Positions 43,981 to 52,519 of a stretch of DNA of 64,000 bases are shown here, in pieces. The position numbers and the translations under genes were made by a program. Under the pieces are notes generated by a model. It ran no database searches, was not told the DNA's origin, and worked only from the letters and a program-made list of their open reading frames with translations. The number at the start of each line of letters is the position of its first letter. Position 1 is the first letter of the stretch. The stretch is from a virus: IMG/VR virus record IMGVR_UViG_3300025132_007963, positions 96,001-160,000 of that record; one strand, 5' to 3'.

Positions 43981-45363
43981 CTAAGCCCAATCATTACCAT
44001 ATTTTTTATTTGCAGCTTGATTCCAATAAGTGAATTCTCTTTGTACTTTTTCTAAACTATATAAAGATAACAACTCTTCCCCAAAAGTAGTTTGCCCAAG
44101 CCTTAGACCATCTGTGTTTTGGAAATGCCACCACTCAGCTCCAGTATATTTGCCGCCTCTAAAAAAAGATTTTCTACCTCTAATTCCTTTAAAGCCAAAT
44201 TGTGATGCTAATTGTGTAAAGTTAAAAAACCTTCCCTCTACCGTTTGTTTTGATATAGAGGTTTGGCCGCGTTTAGATGTAACCTTTTCTGCTTCCAGCC
44301 GAACAACAGGAACAGATGAATTTTGAGTTCTGCACCAAACTATAAATCTTCTGGGGTCGTTAGAATCTCTAACGCAAACGTATGGGTCTCTCTCAGGATT
44401 ATTCATTCCAGTAGGCAATGCGAGATCAAAAGCTCTACCAAGATAATGTAAAGATAGTGCTGATCTTGAACTGTTTGTTTTTGATTGTAGTGGTCGGATA
44501 CCACCAGCAGATGTCATAACTCCACCTCTACCTAAAACTGCTTGTCTTAATTGATTATATTTTTCTGCTATGTTCGCTGCTAGTCTAAAACTAGCATATC
44601 CATCATAACCAGGCACCTTATCTGCATCAACTCTGACTAATTTTGTCTTTTCTCCAGAGGCACGTGCTTTCATGGCGGCTGACATATCCGATAGCGACAA
44701 GTTAGAGTTCGAGGATTTATTTCCAACTCTTCCAGTGCCACCCTTTCCAAAAAGGCCTGCGATGCTGCCCCTGGTTTTATTTCCAGCGTTAAAATCACTA
44801 GCACCACCTAGATCATAAGCGGGTGTATTAACTCCATCGTCAACCATACCATGAAATATTCCATAATGCGCATCTGGACCAGCATATTCAACAATACAGT
44901 CTTGGCCCAAAACTGCTTGTTCACGCTGAATGGAATAAAATTTAGGAAATCTATAAATTCTTTTTAAATCTACAGAAGGCCCCATTGTTTCTTCTGGTGT
45001 AGGTAACATCGCAGTTGAGCCCCCCGCAGGTGCAGCGTATACAACTAACACTTCATCAGTTAAATCTCCGGTGGTGCTATTCTTAATCATCGTTGATACA
45101 ATTGGATTTAACACAGTCTCAACCTGAACGTATTCGTAATATACAACTTTTGCAACTCTAGTGCCTGATTTTCCGTCATCTTCTCTGATCGGTTGATTTT
45201 TGTCTATGTGATCTCCAAAAGAGTTTGCTAGAAAATCAATTTGAGCGGCTTGACCTGGGGTTGTATTTAGTTGCGAAAAGCTCCGAAACTCGTTTATTGG
45301 ATTTCCTTTTATCCCATAATCAGGGGACTGAAATGTTGATAAATTTTTTAAAGTATCTACCAT
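43981..45363 (-). CDS. virion-associated protein with C-terminal M15-family zinc peptidase (peptidoglycan hydrolase); possible OB-fold N-terminus
   Basis: SLHYLGRAFD (S-x-H-x4-A-x-D) and AEWWHFQ (E-x-x-H) Zn/catalytic motifs of VanX/VanY-like peptidases. Confidence 0.75.
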   Translation of the reverse strand: MVDTLKNLSTFQSPDYGIKGNPINEFRSFSQLNTTPGQAAQIDFLANSFGDHIDKNQPIREDDGKSGTRVAKVVYYEYVQVETVLNPIVSTMIKNSTTGDLTDEVLVVYAAPAGGSTAMLPTPEETMGPSVDLKRIYRFPKFYSIQREQAVLGQDCIVEYAGPDAHYGIFHGMVDDGVNTPAYDLGGASDFNAGNKTRGSIAGLFGKGGTGRVGNKSSNSNLSLSDMSAAMKARASGEKTKLVRVDADKVPGYDGYASFRLAANIAEKYNQLRQAVLGRGGVMTSAGGIRPLQSKTNSSRSALSLHYLGRAFDLALPTGMNNPERDPYVCVRDSNDPRRFIVWCRTQNSSVPVVRLEAEKVTSKRGQTSISKQTVEGRFFNFTQLASQFGFKGIRGRKSFFRGGKYTGAEWWHFQNTDGLRLGQTTFGEELLSLYSLEKVQREFTYWNQAANKKYGNDWA

Positions 45364-45656
45364 TATTCTTCCTCAGAGTTTTTTTGTATCATATCAAATA
45401 AGTCATTGATTTCTTTTTCGCTTATGTTTTCTGATTTTATTGTGTCCTTTTGCAACAATGCAGACAGTTTTACCAACTGCTCATTTGACCTTTGAAGTGT
45501 TTCTAGATATTTTGCTGCTATCAGGCCGACTTCTTTGTGTCGATCTTCAGATACAGTCATGTACCTCATTAAGCTCATTAGTAGTGTTGAGGCTGCAGCT
45601 CTGTCCTCTTTTATGTTTTTTGTTGCGCGAGATATGTATTGGTCTAAGTCTTTCAT
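45363..45656 (-). CDS. small helical hypothetical protein, first gene of the structural block
   Basis: 97-aa ORF coupled (TAATG) to the downstream gene. Confidence 0.6.
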   Translation of the reverse strand: MKDLDQYISRATKNIKEDRAAASTLLMSLMRYMTVSEDRHKEVGLIAAKYLETLQRSNEQLVKLSALLQKDTIKSENISEKEINDLFDMIQKNSEEE

Positions 45657-45660
45657 TACT

Positions 45661-45669
45661 TATAAATAG
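45661..45669 (-). promoter_or_regulatory. candidate late-promoter motif CTATTTATA at the head of the structural block
   Basis: In the 26-nt gap between the sigma-like gene and the first structural gene; identical to 208-216. Confidence 0.35.
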
Positions 45670-45682
45670 ATTTAAAATTAAT

Positions 45683-46378
45683 TTAGTAATCACCCCTGTC
45701 CCATTTTATTTTAAAAATTCTATATTTTTCACGAAGTTTATTTAAGTTATTAACTATCTGTTTTGTGTTTAGGCCTGTTATTTCTCTTAAATATAGATAA
45801 ATTGCTTTCTTATTAAAGATCTCTATCTCTTGTGCGTTTTCAAGCAGAATTTTAACTGCACTAATAACTTTTTTCTCATTAGGCTTTAAGTTAGCATTAT
45901 CCCATCTATTCATCTCACTCATTAAGAACATCCAAAATTCTTTTTCTTCTCTAGCTGTTAAGTATGCTTCGTCATTGTTTATTAAATCTTCATGTTCTGA
46001 TTCTTTGATAAGCTCTTCGTAGCTTACCTCTTTCTTTGTTTTGTTAGAATTTTTTTTAAGTTTGTGTATAAACCAATGCTTAGTTATAACACTGAAATAA
46101 GAAAAAGCTTTAGAGCCCTTATTGGGATCGTATTTATCAAGTATCGTTGTTAACCAAACCTTACACTCTTCTTTTAAACAATCTATATTTGGAATATTAG
46201 TAAATTTGTAAGTGTAAGTTATTTTTTCTACCATCTCGTTAAAGGCGGGTTGTATATAATCAATATATAATTGTGTCCTGATAGTATTGTTATTTGTTTG
46301 AGTGTAATCAATAATTGCTTGTTCATGAACTTTGGTAAAATAGTGATTTTTTGTTCTTGGCCTTCTTTTCTTTGTCAA
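45683..46378 (-). CDS. RNA polymerase sigma-like factor (candidate late sigma, functionally gp55-like)
   Basis: Region-2-like ILDKYDPNKGSKAFSYFSVITKHWF; C-terminal HTH-like LYLREITGLNTKQIVNNLNKLR; TTG start with AGGAG SD. Confidence 0.65.
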   Translation of the reverse strand: MTKKRRPRTKNHYFTKVHEQAIIDYTQTNNNTIRTQLYIDYIQPAFNEMVEKITYTYKFTNIPNIDCLKEECKVWLTTILDKYDPNKGSKAFSYFSVITKHWFIHKLKKNSNKTKKEVSYEELIKESEHEDLINNDEAYLTAREEKEFWMFLMSEMNRWDNANLKPNEKKVISAVKILLENAQEIEIFNKKAIYLYLREITGLNTKQIVNNLNKLREKYRIFKIKWDRGDY

Positions 46379-46686
46379 GGTGCGTCTCCTGCATCATCCT
46401 CTACGTCTTCTTCCACGATAAGGGTATATATGTCTTCGCATTTATCAATTTCTATCAAAACCTCTCTGGAGTGATCCATTAAGTTCTGTAGAGATTCATC
46501 ACCGTAATACATCTCAAGCTCATTTAAGGCCTGGACATGGTCTTTAAAAGACGTGAAAGATTCTTGCATACCCTCTAGATTAGAGGAGACAACAGACAGC
46601 CTTCTAGCTGCTTGAACTGCATAATAAATCAACGTCACATTTATTATTATCGAGACAGACAATAAAGCTGATAGTGTGTAAACCAT
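46375..46686 (-). CDS. small membrane-anchored coiled-coil protein
   Basis: Hydrophobic N-terminal helix TLSALLSVSIIINVTLIYYAV followed by heptads. Confidence 0.55.
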   Translation of the reverse strand: MVYTLSALLSVSIIINVTLIYYAVQAARRLSVVSSNLEGMQESFTSFKDHVQALNELEMYYGDESLQNLMDHSREVLIEIDKCEDIYTLIVEEDVEDDAGDAP

Positions 46687-46937
46687 TATAATTGCTTATT
46701 TTTTAATTCCTTCTTTTCATTTTTGAGTTCAAGTTTGGCCTCTTCTATATGTTTCTTAACAACATCACCTGTTTTTTCTTTTGTATGATCAAACTTAAAA
46801 CTAAAGGTAGAACTTGGAATTTTAGTAATACAATCCTTAGAGCCGCAAAGATCACAAACGTTATATTCTTCGCTCATTAGGTGATATACTTCAAAAGTAT
46901 CCTCGCAGAATGAGCATTTGTAAGAATACTTGGGCAC
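46686..46937 (-). CDS. FmdB-family zinc-ribbon protein
   Basis: MPKYSYKCSFC...CDLCGS; GTG start overlapping the upstream TAG. Confidence 0.75.
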   Translation of the reverse strand: MPKYSYKCSFCEDTFEVYHLMSEEYNVCDLCGSKDCITKIPSSTFSFKFDHTKEKTGDVVKKHIEEAKLELKNEKKELKNKQL

Positions 46938-47158
46938 TAATCGCTTCCAATGGTTTCAAAATTATCTATATTTGAATCTTCATTGATTTCCTGGTTTTGG
47001 TCAATCTTAAAATTTGGAGGATTTAGAACCATTAATTTCTCATTTTCATCAACCTGAAAATTCATATCTCTTAAAACAGGAACTATATCACTTTGCTCAA
47101 GCAAAGACTTTTGCAAAGCCATCATTAATGCACCTAGTGCTTGGTCAGATAATTTCAT
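46937..47158 (-). CDS. hypothetical protein (73 aa, MKLSDQALGALMMALQKSL...)
   Basis: Start revised from 47188 to the ATG at 47158, which has an AGGAG SD. Confidence 0.6.
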   Translation of the reverse strand: MKLSDQALGALMMALQKSLLEQSDIVPVLRDMNFQVDENEKLMVLNPPNFKIDQNQEINEDSNIDNFETIGSD

Positions 47159-47162
47159 AATT

Positions 47163-47699
47163 TTACTCCTTTGTGTTCCTAAGAACAAAATCTATTAAAG
47201 TTTGCACAGATGTATCTAAATCTTGTGCATCTGTATTTATAACTAAATCAGCATCTTCTGGTGCCTCGAATGGATCAGATATACCAGTAAAGTTATTAAT
47301 TCTATCTGAGTGACCTTCTGGTAGGAGAGCCCTCTTATATAAACCCTTTGGGTCTCTTTGGATTAGTGTATCTAAATTGCATTCAACGTACACAGTTTTT
47401 GCCAAAGCATTGTTTGCTTTCACTTCTTTTCGTATATCGTCGTATGGATTAATTGCAGACATTATACATATTACATTATTTCTAGACAAAACCTTACCTA
47501 CAAAAGAAAGTCTCCTAATGTTTGTATTTCTATCTTCTTTAGAAAAACCTAAGTCTCTACAAAGGCCCTCCCTATACTCGTCGCCATCTATAACCTCGAC
47601 ATTATAGCCCATTTCCCGAAGCACGTTAGCTGCAGCAAAAGTCATTGTTGATTTGCCGGCGCCACTCATACCTGTCATTTGTACAAATATACCTTTCAT
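47163..47699 (-). CDS. cysC: adenylylsulfate (APS) kinase
   Basis: P-loop GMSGAGKST; DGDEYR; LGFSKEDRNTNIRR; RDPKGLY; NFTGISDPFEAP; start likely 47699 (TAATG overlap, GGGAG spacing). Confidence 0.92.
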   Translation of the reverse strand: MKGIFVQMTGMSGAGKSTMTFAAANVLREMGYNVEVIDGDEYREGLCRDLGFSKEDRNTNIRRLSFVGKVLSRNNVICIMSAINPYDDIRKEVKANNALAKTVYVECNLDTLIQRDPKGLYKRALLPEGHSDRINNFTGISDPFEAPEDADLVINTDAQDLDTSVQTLIDFVLRNTKE

Positions 47700-48103
47700 T
47701 ACCATTCTCCCATTAAATATTGAACTACCAAATTGTGGATTGACGGATCAACATTGCCCTTCCAATCCACACTACCATCTTCTATATGTTTTCGAATACT
47801 TGTTGCCGAAATAAAACCTATGTCTTTTGGTGGCACATGTTCGTTTATCTCATAACCGACACCACGTCCATAATTCACACTTTCGACGTCTGGAATTGAT
47901 ATAGCCACAACATCATTTTCTTTATACACTTCATTGATCATGTTCAAAGTTTGTTGTGTGGTGAACGGGTTTTTATCATCTGGTGGAATATCCCTAACTG
48001 CAATCAAAATTGGTATACCCTTGGAAAGCTTTTGATCAATTAACCATTTGTGGCCATTGTGAAATGGTTGCCACCTACCTATAAACATTGCTCTTTTACT
48101 CAT
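47699..48103 (-). CDS. small HxGH nucleotidyltransferase (cytidyltransferase-like); candidate minimal ATP sulfurylase
   Basis: FIGRWQPFHNGH and ISATSIR motifs; coupled to cysC. Confidence 0.7.
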   Translation of the reverse strand: MSKRAMFIGRWQPFHNGHKWLIDQKLSKGIPILIAVRDIPPDDKNPFTTQQTLNMINEVYKENDVVAISIPDVESVNYGRGVGYEINEHVPPKDIGFISATSIRKHIEDGSVDWKGNVDPSIHNLVVQYLMGEW

Positions 48104-48941
48104 CTGTTATTGCTCTTCCTTTCAAATTTTCCCAGTCTTTCTCTGGGCGAACTTCTAGATTAGTTTTCCACGCACCATTTATAACGTTTGTGTTGATACC
48201 AACGCTTTCTGCAAATGTCATAAACGCGTTAATATCTTTTGGAAAACAACTACCTCCAAAGCCCCAGCGACCGTCCGGACCTGGTACGCTAAGGTGGGAA
48301 TCTCCAACTCTTCCATCTGCTACAAAACCCGCTAGAGCTTTATCCCAATCAACACCAATCTTGTCTGATACAAGACGCATCTCGTTTGCAAATGCGACTT
48401 TAACAGAAAAGAAAACATTATTAAAGTATTTAATAAACTCGGCGGTATCATAGTCCATTTGCATAATGTTGGAATGATTAAATCTCATCTTGTATAGACT
48501 AGCCACTTTATTTGTAAATATGTCTGGCCCTCCCAATACAATTCTAGCTTGATTTAAAAAATCATACCTAGCGTGTCTTTCTGTTAAAAACTCTGGATTA
48601 AAAACAAAATTTAAATTTGGAAATTTTTCTTTAAAAGACCGTGTTGTACCGGGGACAATTGTAGATTTTATAACCACAACATTGTCTTGTCGATCACTGT
48701 TATTTTCAATGTCTGCGAGAACCGATTCTACTATACCCAAATTTATTGAGCCATTTTTATTCATAGGAGTTGGGACGCAAACAAAAACAATGTCTGAATT
48801 AACTGTTTCTTTTAATGAGTTAGAGCTTTTATTTTTATCTTTGTCGTACACTCTAACCGGTAAGACTGGCACAAAACCAAATCCTATTGCTTGACCAACA
48901 AATCCATTGCCTATTATTCCAATGTTTTGAATATTACTCAT
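48096..48941 (-). CDS. ugd: UDP-glucose/GDP-mannose dehydrogenase family, lacking the C-terminal domain
   Basis: GNGFVG Rossmann motif; FVCVPTP; IKSTI; NPEFL; KYFNN; FGGSCFPKD (catalytic Cys); start revised to the ATG at 48941. Confidence 0.85.
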   Translation of the reverse strand: MSNIQNIGIIGNGFVGQAIGFGFVPVLPVRVYDKDKNKSSNSLKETVNSDIVFVCVPTPMNKNGSINLGIVESVLADIENNSDRQDNVVVIKSTIVPGTTRSFKEKFPNLNFVFNPEFLTERHARYDFLNQARIVLGGPDIFTNKVASLYKMRFNHSNIMQMDYDTAEFIKYFNNVFFSVKVAFANEMRLVSDKIGVDWDKALAGFVADGRVGDSHLSVPGPDGRWGFGGSCFPKDINAFMTFAESVGINTNVINGAWKTNLEVRPEKDWENLKGRAITDE

Positions 48942-49782
48942 CTTTAAACTCCATAAAACAGTCTGTAATGCCCTCAACTATATTAACTTCGGGTTTCCAA
49001 CCCAGGCTTAAAAACTCGCTGATATCTGCTTTTGTCAATCTAACATCGCCCGGGCGTTCAGCAACATATTCAAATTCTACACGGGGGAGCAAATTACTAA
49101 CAATATTTTTCATCTCGTTCAAAGAAATATTGTCTCCAGTTCCAACGTTAAAATATTTACCAATTAATTTATTGTTATTCATGTTATTCATACAAAAAAT
49201 GTTAGCGGATACAACGTCGCTCACATGAGCCATATCTCTTCGTTGTTCTCCGTCTCCTGTAATATAAGGAACTTTACCTTCTTTAATGTATCTTCTCCAG
49301 TTTGCAACACATGTTGCATATGGCCCCTCTGCTTTTTGATCTTCTGAGTATACGTTAAAGTATCTCAGCGCTACAGTCTTGAGGCCATACAGTTCATTAT
49401 ACAACAAAGTTTCTTGTTCTGTAACTAATTTAGATAAAGCATACGGACTAGCTGGGCCGGAACCGTTTCCAACAACAGAGGATGAACTAGAATATACGAC
49501 AAACGCGTTTACTTGTTTCGCAAACTCTAAAGTTATAGAGCCTGCCATAATGTTATTTTGCATAACGTGCACAGGGTTTTCTACACTATACTGTACTCTG
49601 GGAATCGCTGCCAGATGAAAGATAACATCTGGTTTAAAATTATGATGCTTTTCTTGATATCCTTCTAAAATATCCTCATTATCTTTAAGATCAATTCCCA
49701 TTACTTCGTGACCTGAAGCTGTCAATTCTCGGCACAGATGAGTGCCTATATATCCTTTGTGTCCTGTAACTAAAGCTTTCAT
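48934..49782 (-). CDS. NAD-dependent epimerase/dehydratase (extended SDR)
   Basis: GHKGYIG; SSSSV; YALSK (YxxxK); LRYFNVY; GDGEQRRD. Confidence 0.9.
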   Translation of the reverse strand: MKALVTGHKGYIGTHLCRELTASGHEVMGIDLKDNEDILEGYQEKHHNFKPDVIFHLAAIPRVQYSVENPVHVMQNNIMAGSITLEFAKQVNAFVVYSSSSSVVGNGSGPASPYALSKLVTEQETLLYNELYGLKTVALRYFNVYSEDQKAEGPYATCVANWRRYIKEGKVPYITGDGEQRRDMAHVSDVVSANIFCMNNMNNNKLIGKYFNVGTGDNISLNEMKNIVSNLLPRVEFEYVAERPGDVRLTKADISEFLSLGWKPEVNIVEGITDCFMEFKDE

Positions 49783-49790
49783 TTTATTGT

Positions 49791-50492
49791 TTAAATAATA
49801 TTCCCATAATTAAAGTCTGATAGTTGCTTGTTGAATTCTGCTAGTTGTTCACGACTGGTGCATTTGTTAACATAAGCAGTTGGGTTTCTTCCAATGTGTG
49901 CGCCATTTAAAGCTCTTTTGTCATAATTGGTATGTGTGGATTGTTTTTTTCTTTTCAAGATAGATGGGTTCCATTCATACACCCAGTCTTCTACATAATC
50001 CGGGTAGTTTGAAAAATTATGCTCTTTTTCTATCCCAAAGGTATCAACTAGTTGTTGTTGGATATTGTCAGGCTCAGTCAATAAATCCTCATATTTAATT
50101 TCAATATTTACAATATCTTTAAATTCTTTAGACTGCTTCATGCTGTCAATCCACCTCTGTGGAGTTACGTAACCACCATCAGACAATACAACATCTCTAC
50201 CATCTCTGACCACATTGATTATTCCAATCTCATTATCGATGATCTTTTTTTTCTGTTCTTTAAACTTAGTCTTATTTCTATAGTACTCATTACTAAGCAA
50301 ACAAGGAGGAAGTCTCTTTCCTATAATAAAATTATTATCAGATTCGTATTCTAGAAAATCATCTAATGATATCTCATGACCATTGAAGCCCTCTTTGTAT
50401 AGAACATCAGTGCTTTTAAATGCATAAAACATTCTTAAAAGCAAGGTTGTTCCAGTTTTTGCACATCCAGTTATAAATATTTTTTTAGACAT
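49791..50492 (-). CDS. PAPS-dependent sulfotransferase
   Basis: 5'-PSB loop GCAKTGTT; 3'-PB VVRDGRDVVLS; KYEDL; start revised to the ATG at 50492 (GGGAG SD, TAATG overlap). Confidence 0.8.
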   Translation of the reverse strand: MSKKIFITGCAKTGTTLLLRMFYAFKSTDVLYKEGFNGHEISLDDFLEYESDNNFIIGKRLPPCLLSNEYYRNKTKFKEQKKKIIDNEIGIINVVRDGRDVVLSDGGYVTPQRWIDSMKQSKEFKDIVNIEIKYEDLLTEPDNIQQQLVDTFGIEKEHNFSNYPDYVEDWVYEWNPSILKRKKQSTHTNYDKRALNGAHIGRNPTAYVNKCTSREQLAEFNKQLSDFNYGNII

Positions 50493-51109
50493 TATATCTC
50501 CCAAGTCTTATATTCAGGTAGCTTTGTTTTGTTGCTATCATGCATTCTATAGCGATAGAAGGGAATTTTTAAGTGATGTATGCTATATTTATCACCTAAT
50601 CTTTTTCTTAGCTCTTCTTCTTCCTTGTGCCTCATCTTGGGATTATAGGCTCCAAGACTAATAAATAAATCCTTACGATACATTATACCACAAGAAATGT
50701 TATCTTTTTCAGCATATTTTCTCTCAATTGTATTTTCATAATTATCTACTAAAAGATAATCAGACGACACGCAAAATGCATCATGATTTGCTTCAAGATA
50801 TCTTTTCATTATAAATGCCATATCTTTATTAATATAATCATCTGCATCAACTCTAAAAAAGAATTGCCCTTTGGCGTTCTGTATGCCTAGATTAGCAGCT
50901 GATGATACACCTGAATTTTTCTTTGTTTTAAAAAGCCTAATGTCCTCAGAGAACGGCCTTATTCTTTCAATAGAATCGTCAGTGCTACAATCATCAACAA
51001 CAATAACTTCTATGTTTACTCTTTCTTGATTAAGGCAGCTTCTTATACATCTAGTTATATAACTGCCATAATTGTAGTTTGTTATAACAATGGATACTTC
51101 TGGGATCAT
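50492..51109 (-). CDS. glycosyltransferase family 2
   Basis: VSIVITNYNY; VVDDCSTD; KNSGVSSA.N.G; RVDADD (DxD). Confidence 0.9.
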   Translation of the reverse strand: MIPEVSIVITNYNYGSYITRCIRSCLNQERVNIEVIVVDDCSTDDSIERIRPFSEDIRLFKTKKNSGVSSAANLGIQNAKGQFFFRVDADDYINKDMAFIMKRYLEANHDAFCVSSDYLLVDNYENTIERKYAEKDNISCGIMYRKDLFISLGAYNPKMRHKEEEELRKRLGDKYSIHHLKIPFYRYRMHDSNKTKLPEYKTWEI

Positions 51110-51822
51110 GTCAATCTACCATTCAATATATTTAATTCTTTTACTAAATCTTTGTATGTTTTTAAACTCGCTGCGTCAAAAGAGCAGGCATGTGCACCTT
51201 CAAATTGGGACTGAGCATTTATATTATTTGAATAGTGCTTTTCAATAATTGATGCACCTCTGTTATACGCCTCCAAAACAGCGGCTATTCCAATAGTGTG
51301 ATCACTGTATCCCGCGTATTGCTTTTCGTGAAATTGATGTGGCATCATGTTTAAATCCGGATCATATAATTTTGTAGGATATTTTGACACACAGAAGAGA
51401 TACTTTATCCTACCATTATCAAAACCAAATGGAAAGCTCAATCTTTCAATTTTTCCTGTAGAAATTATGGTTGGTTTGTTATCAGCTAATATTTTTTGAC
51501 ACAAGTCGGGACTGTCCACAACTAGCCTGCTAGCTATTTTGTGTCTTTTCATACCCACTTCTTGTGTCCACTCTAACCTCTCTTCATCAAAGATAGAGGC
51601 CATGGCTTCAATTCCTAGTGTACTACAAAAACTATACCATTTAAAAAAATCTTTTTTAGCTATATCTCTATACTTTCTATCTTGTGTACCGAAATATTTT
51701 TCTGAATCCATGAGCTGTACTTTTACAACATCTGCTCCAGCTGAAAACGCATTCAGTGTCATTCTTTTTAATTCAGATAGTGAACCATGATGCTGGTTAC
51801 ACAGATCTACTATAATTTCCAT
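51106..51822 (-). CDS. neuB: NeuB/SpsE-family nonulosonic acid synthase, TIM barrel only
   Basis: AGADVVKVQ; ASIFD; KIASR; ISTG; CVSKYPT; GYSDHT; IEKH; no C-terminal SAF domain. Confidence 0.85.
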   Translation of the reverse strand: MEIIVDLCNQHHGSLSELKRMTLNAFSAGADVVKVQLMDSEKYFGTQDRKYRDIAKKDFFKWYSFCSTLGIEAMASIFDEERLEWTQEVGMKRHKIASRLVVDSPDLCQKILADNKPTIISTGKIERLSFPFGFDNGRIKYLFCVSKYPTKLYDPDLNMMPHQFHEKQYAGYSDHTIGIAAVLEAYNRGASIIEKHYSNNINAQSQFEGAHACSFDAASLKTYKDLVKELNILNGRLT

Positions 51823-52519
51823 TTAAAAAATCTCCAATAACTTTTGGTGTTTTGCTTCTTATTTCATTCATAATTTCAGGCGTCATGTTTTTTACCTGGA
51901 AAAGCTTGCCTTTATTTAACAGCGGAGTACCCTTAGCTAACCCTGTTAATATATTATAACCGTATTCTTCCAATAAGTCAAATCCGGTAATGCAAGTTTT
52001 CATGAAAATATCCTCTGGACTATCATCGATTGTGATACCTTGCGTTTGTCTTTGTGCTATAATATTTCCAGTATCAATATTGTTGTCAACATAGTGAATT
52101 GTTGCGCCGATGCCCTTGGGGTTGTTTTCATAAATCGCCCAATACGGACTATCAACTCCGCGATATTCTTGAACTATACCTGTATGTAAATTAACAAAAC
52201 CTTTTTTTGGTATCGTGATTATTTCTGGTGGGAGTAAAGGACCACCAAAAACAAAGCCTACTTCTGGATCTAGAGATCTTAATAGTTCTTTAGTCCTACT
52301 AGAAAAAGCACTATTACCTCTGGTCGAAACAACTTGACACCATTTTGGAAAATTAATTTCTTTAAAGTATTTTGCCTCCGATCTTACAAAATCCTCATTG
52401 TCGTTTTTTTTATCAATAACTAAAACCATAGATATTTTAAGTCTTGCTTTTGATATAAGCCTGTCGATAAATGCGACATGCCTAGGGCTGTTTGATGTTA
52501 TAGCTACTATGTTTTTCAT
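51797..52519 (-). CDS. N10-formyl-THF-dependent sugar formyltransferase (N-terminal domain only)
   Basis: FVNLHTG (N-x-H), YRG, TIHYVD..IDTG (catalytic D). Confidence 0.85.
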   Translation of the reverse strand: MKNIVAITSNSPRHVAFIDRLISKARLKISMVLVIDKKNDNEDFVRSEAKYFKEINFPKWCQVVSTRGNSAFSSRTKELLRSLDPEVGFVFGGPLLPPEIITIPKKGFVNLHTGIVQEYRGVDSPYWAIYENNPKGIGATIHYVDNNIDTGNIIAQRQTQGITIDDSPEDIFMKTCITGFDLLEEYGYNILTGLAKGTPLLNKGKLFQVKNMTPEIMNEIRSKTPKVIGDFLNGNYSRSV

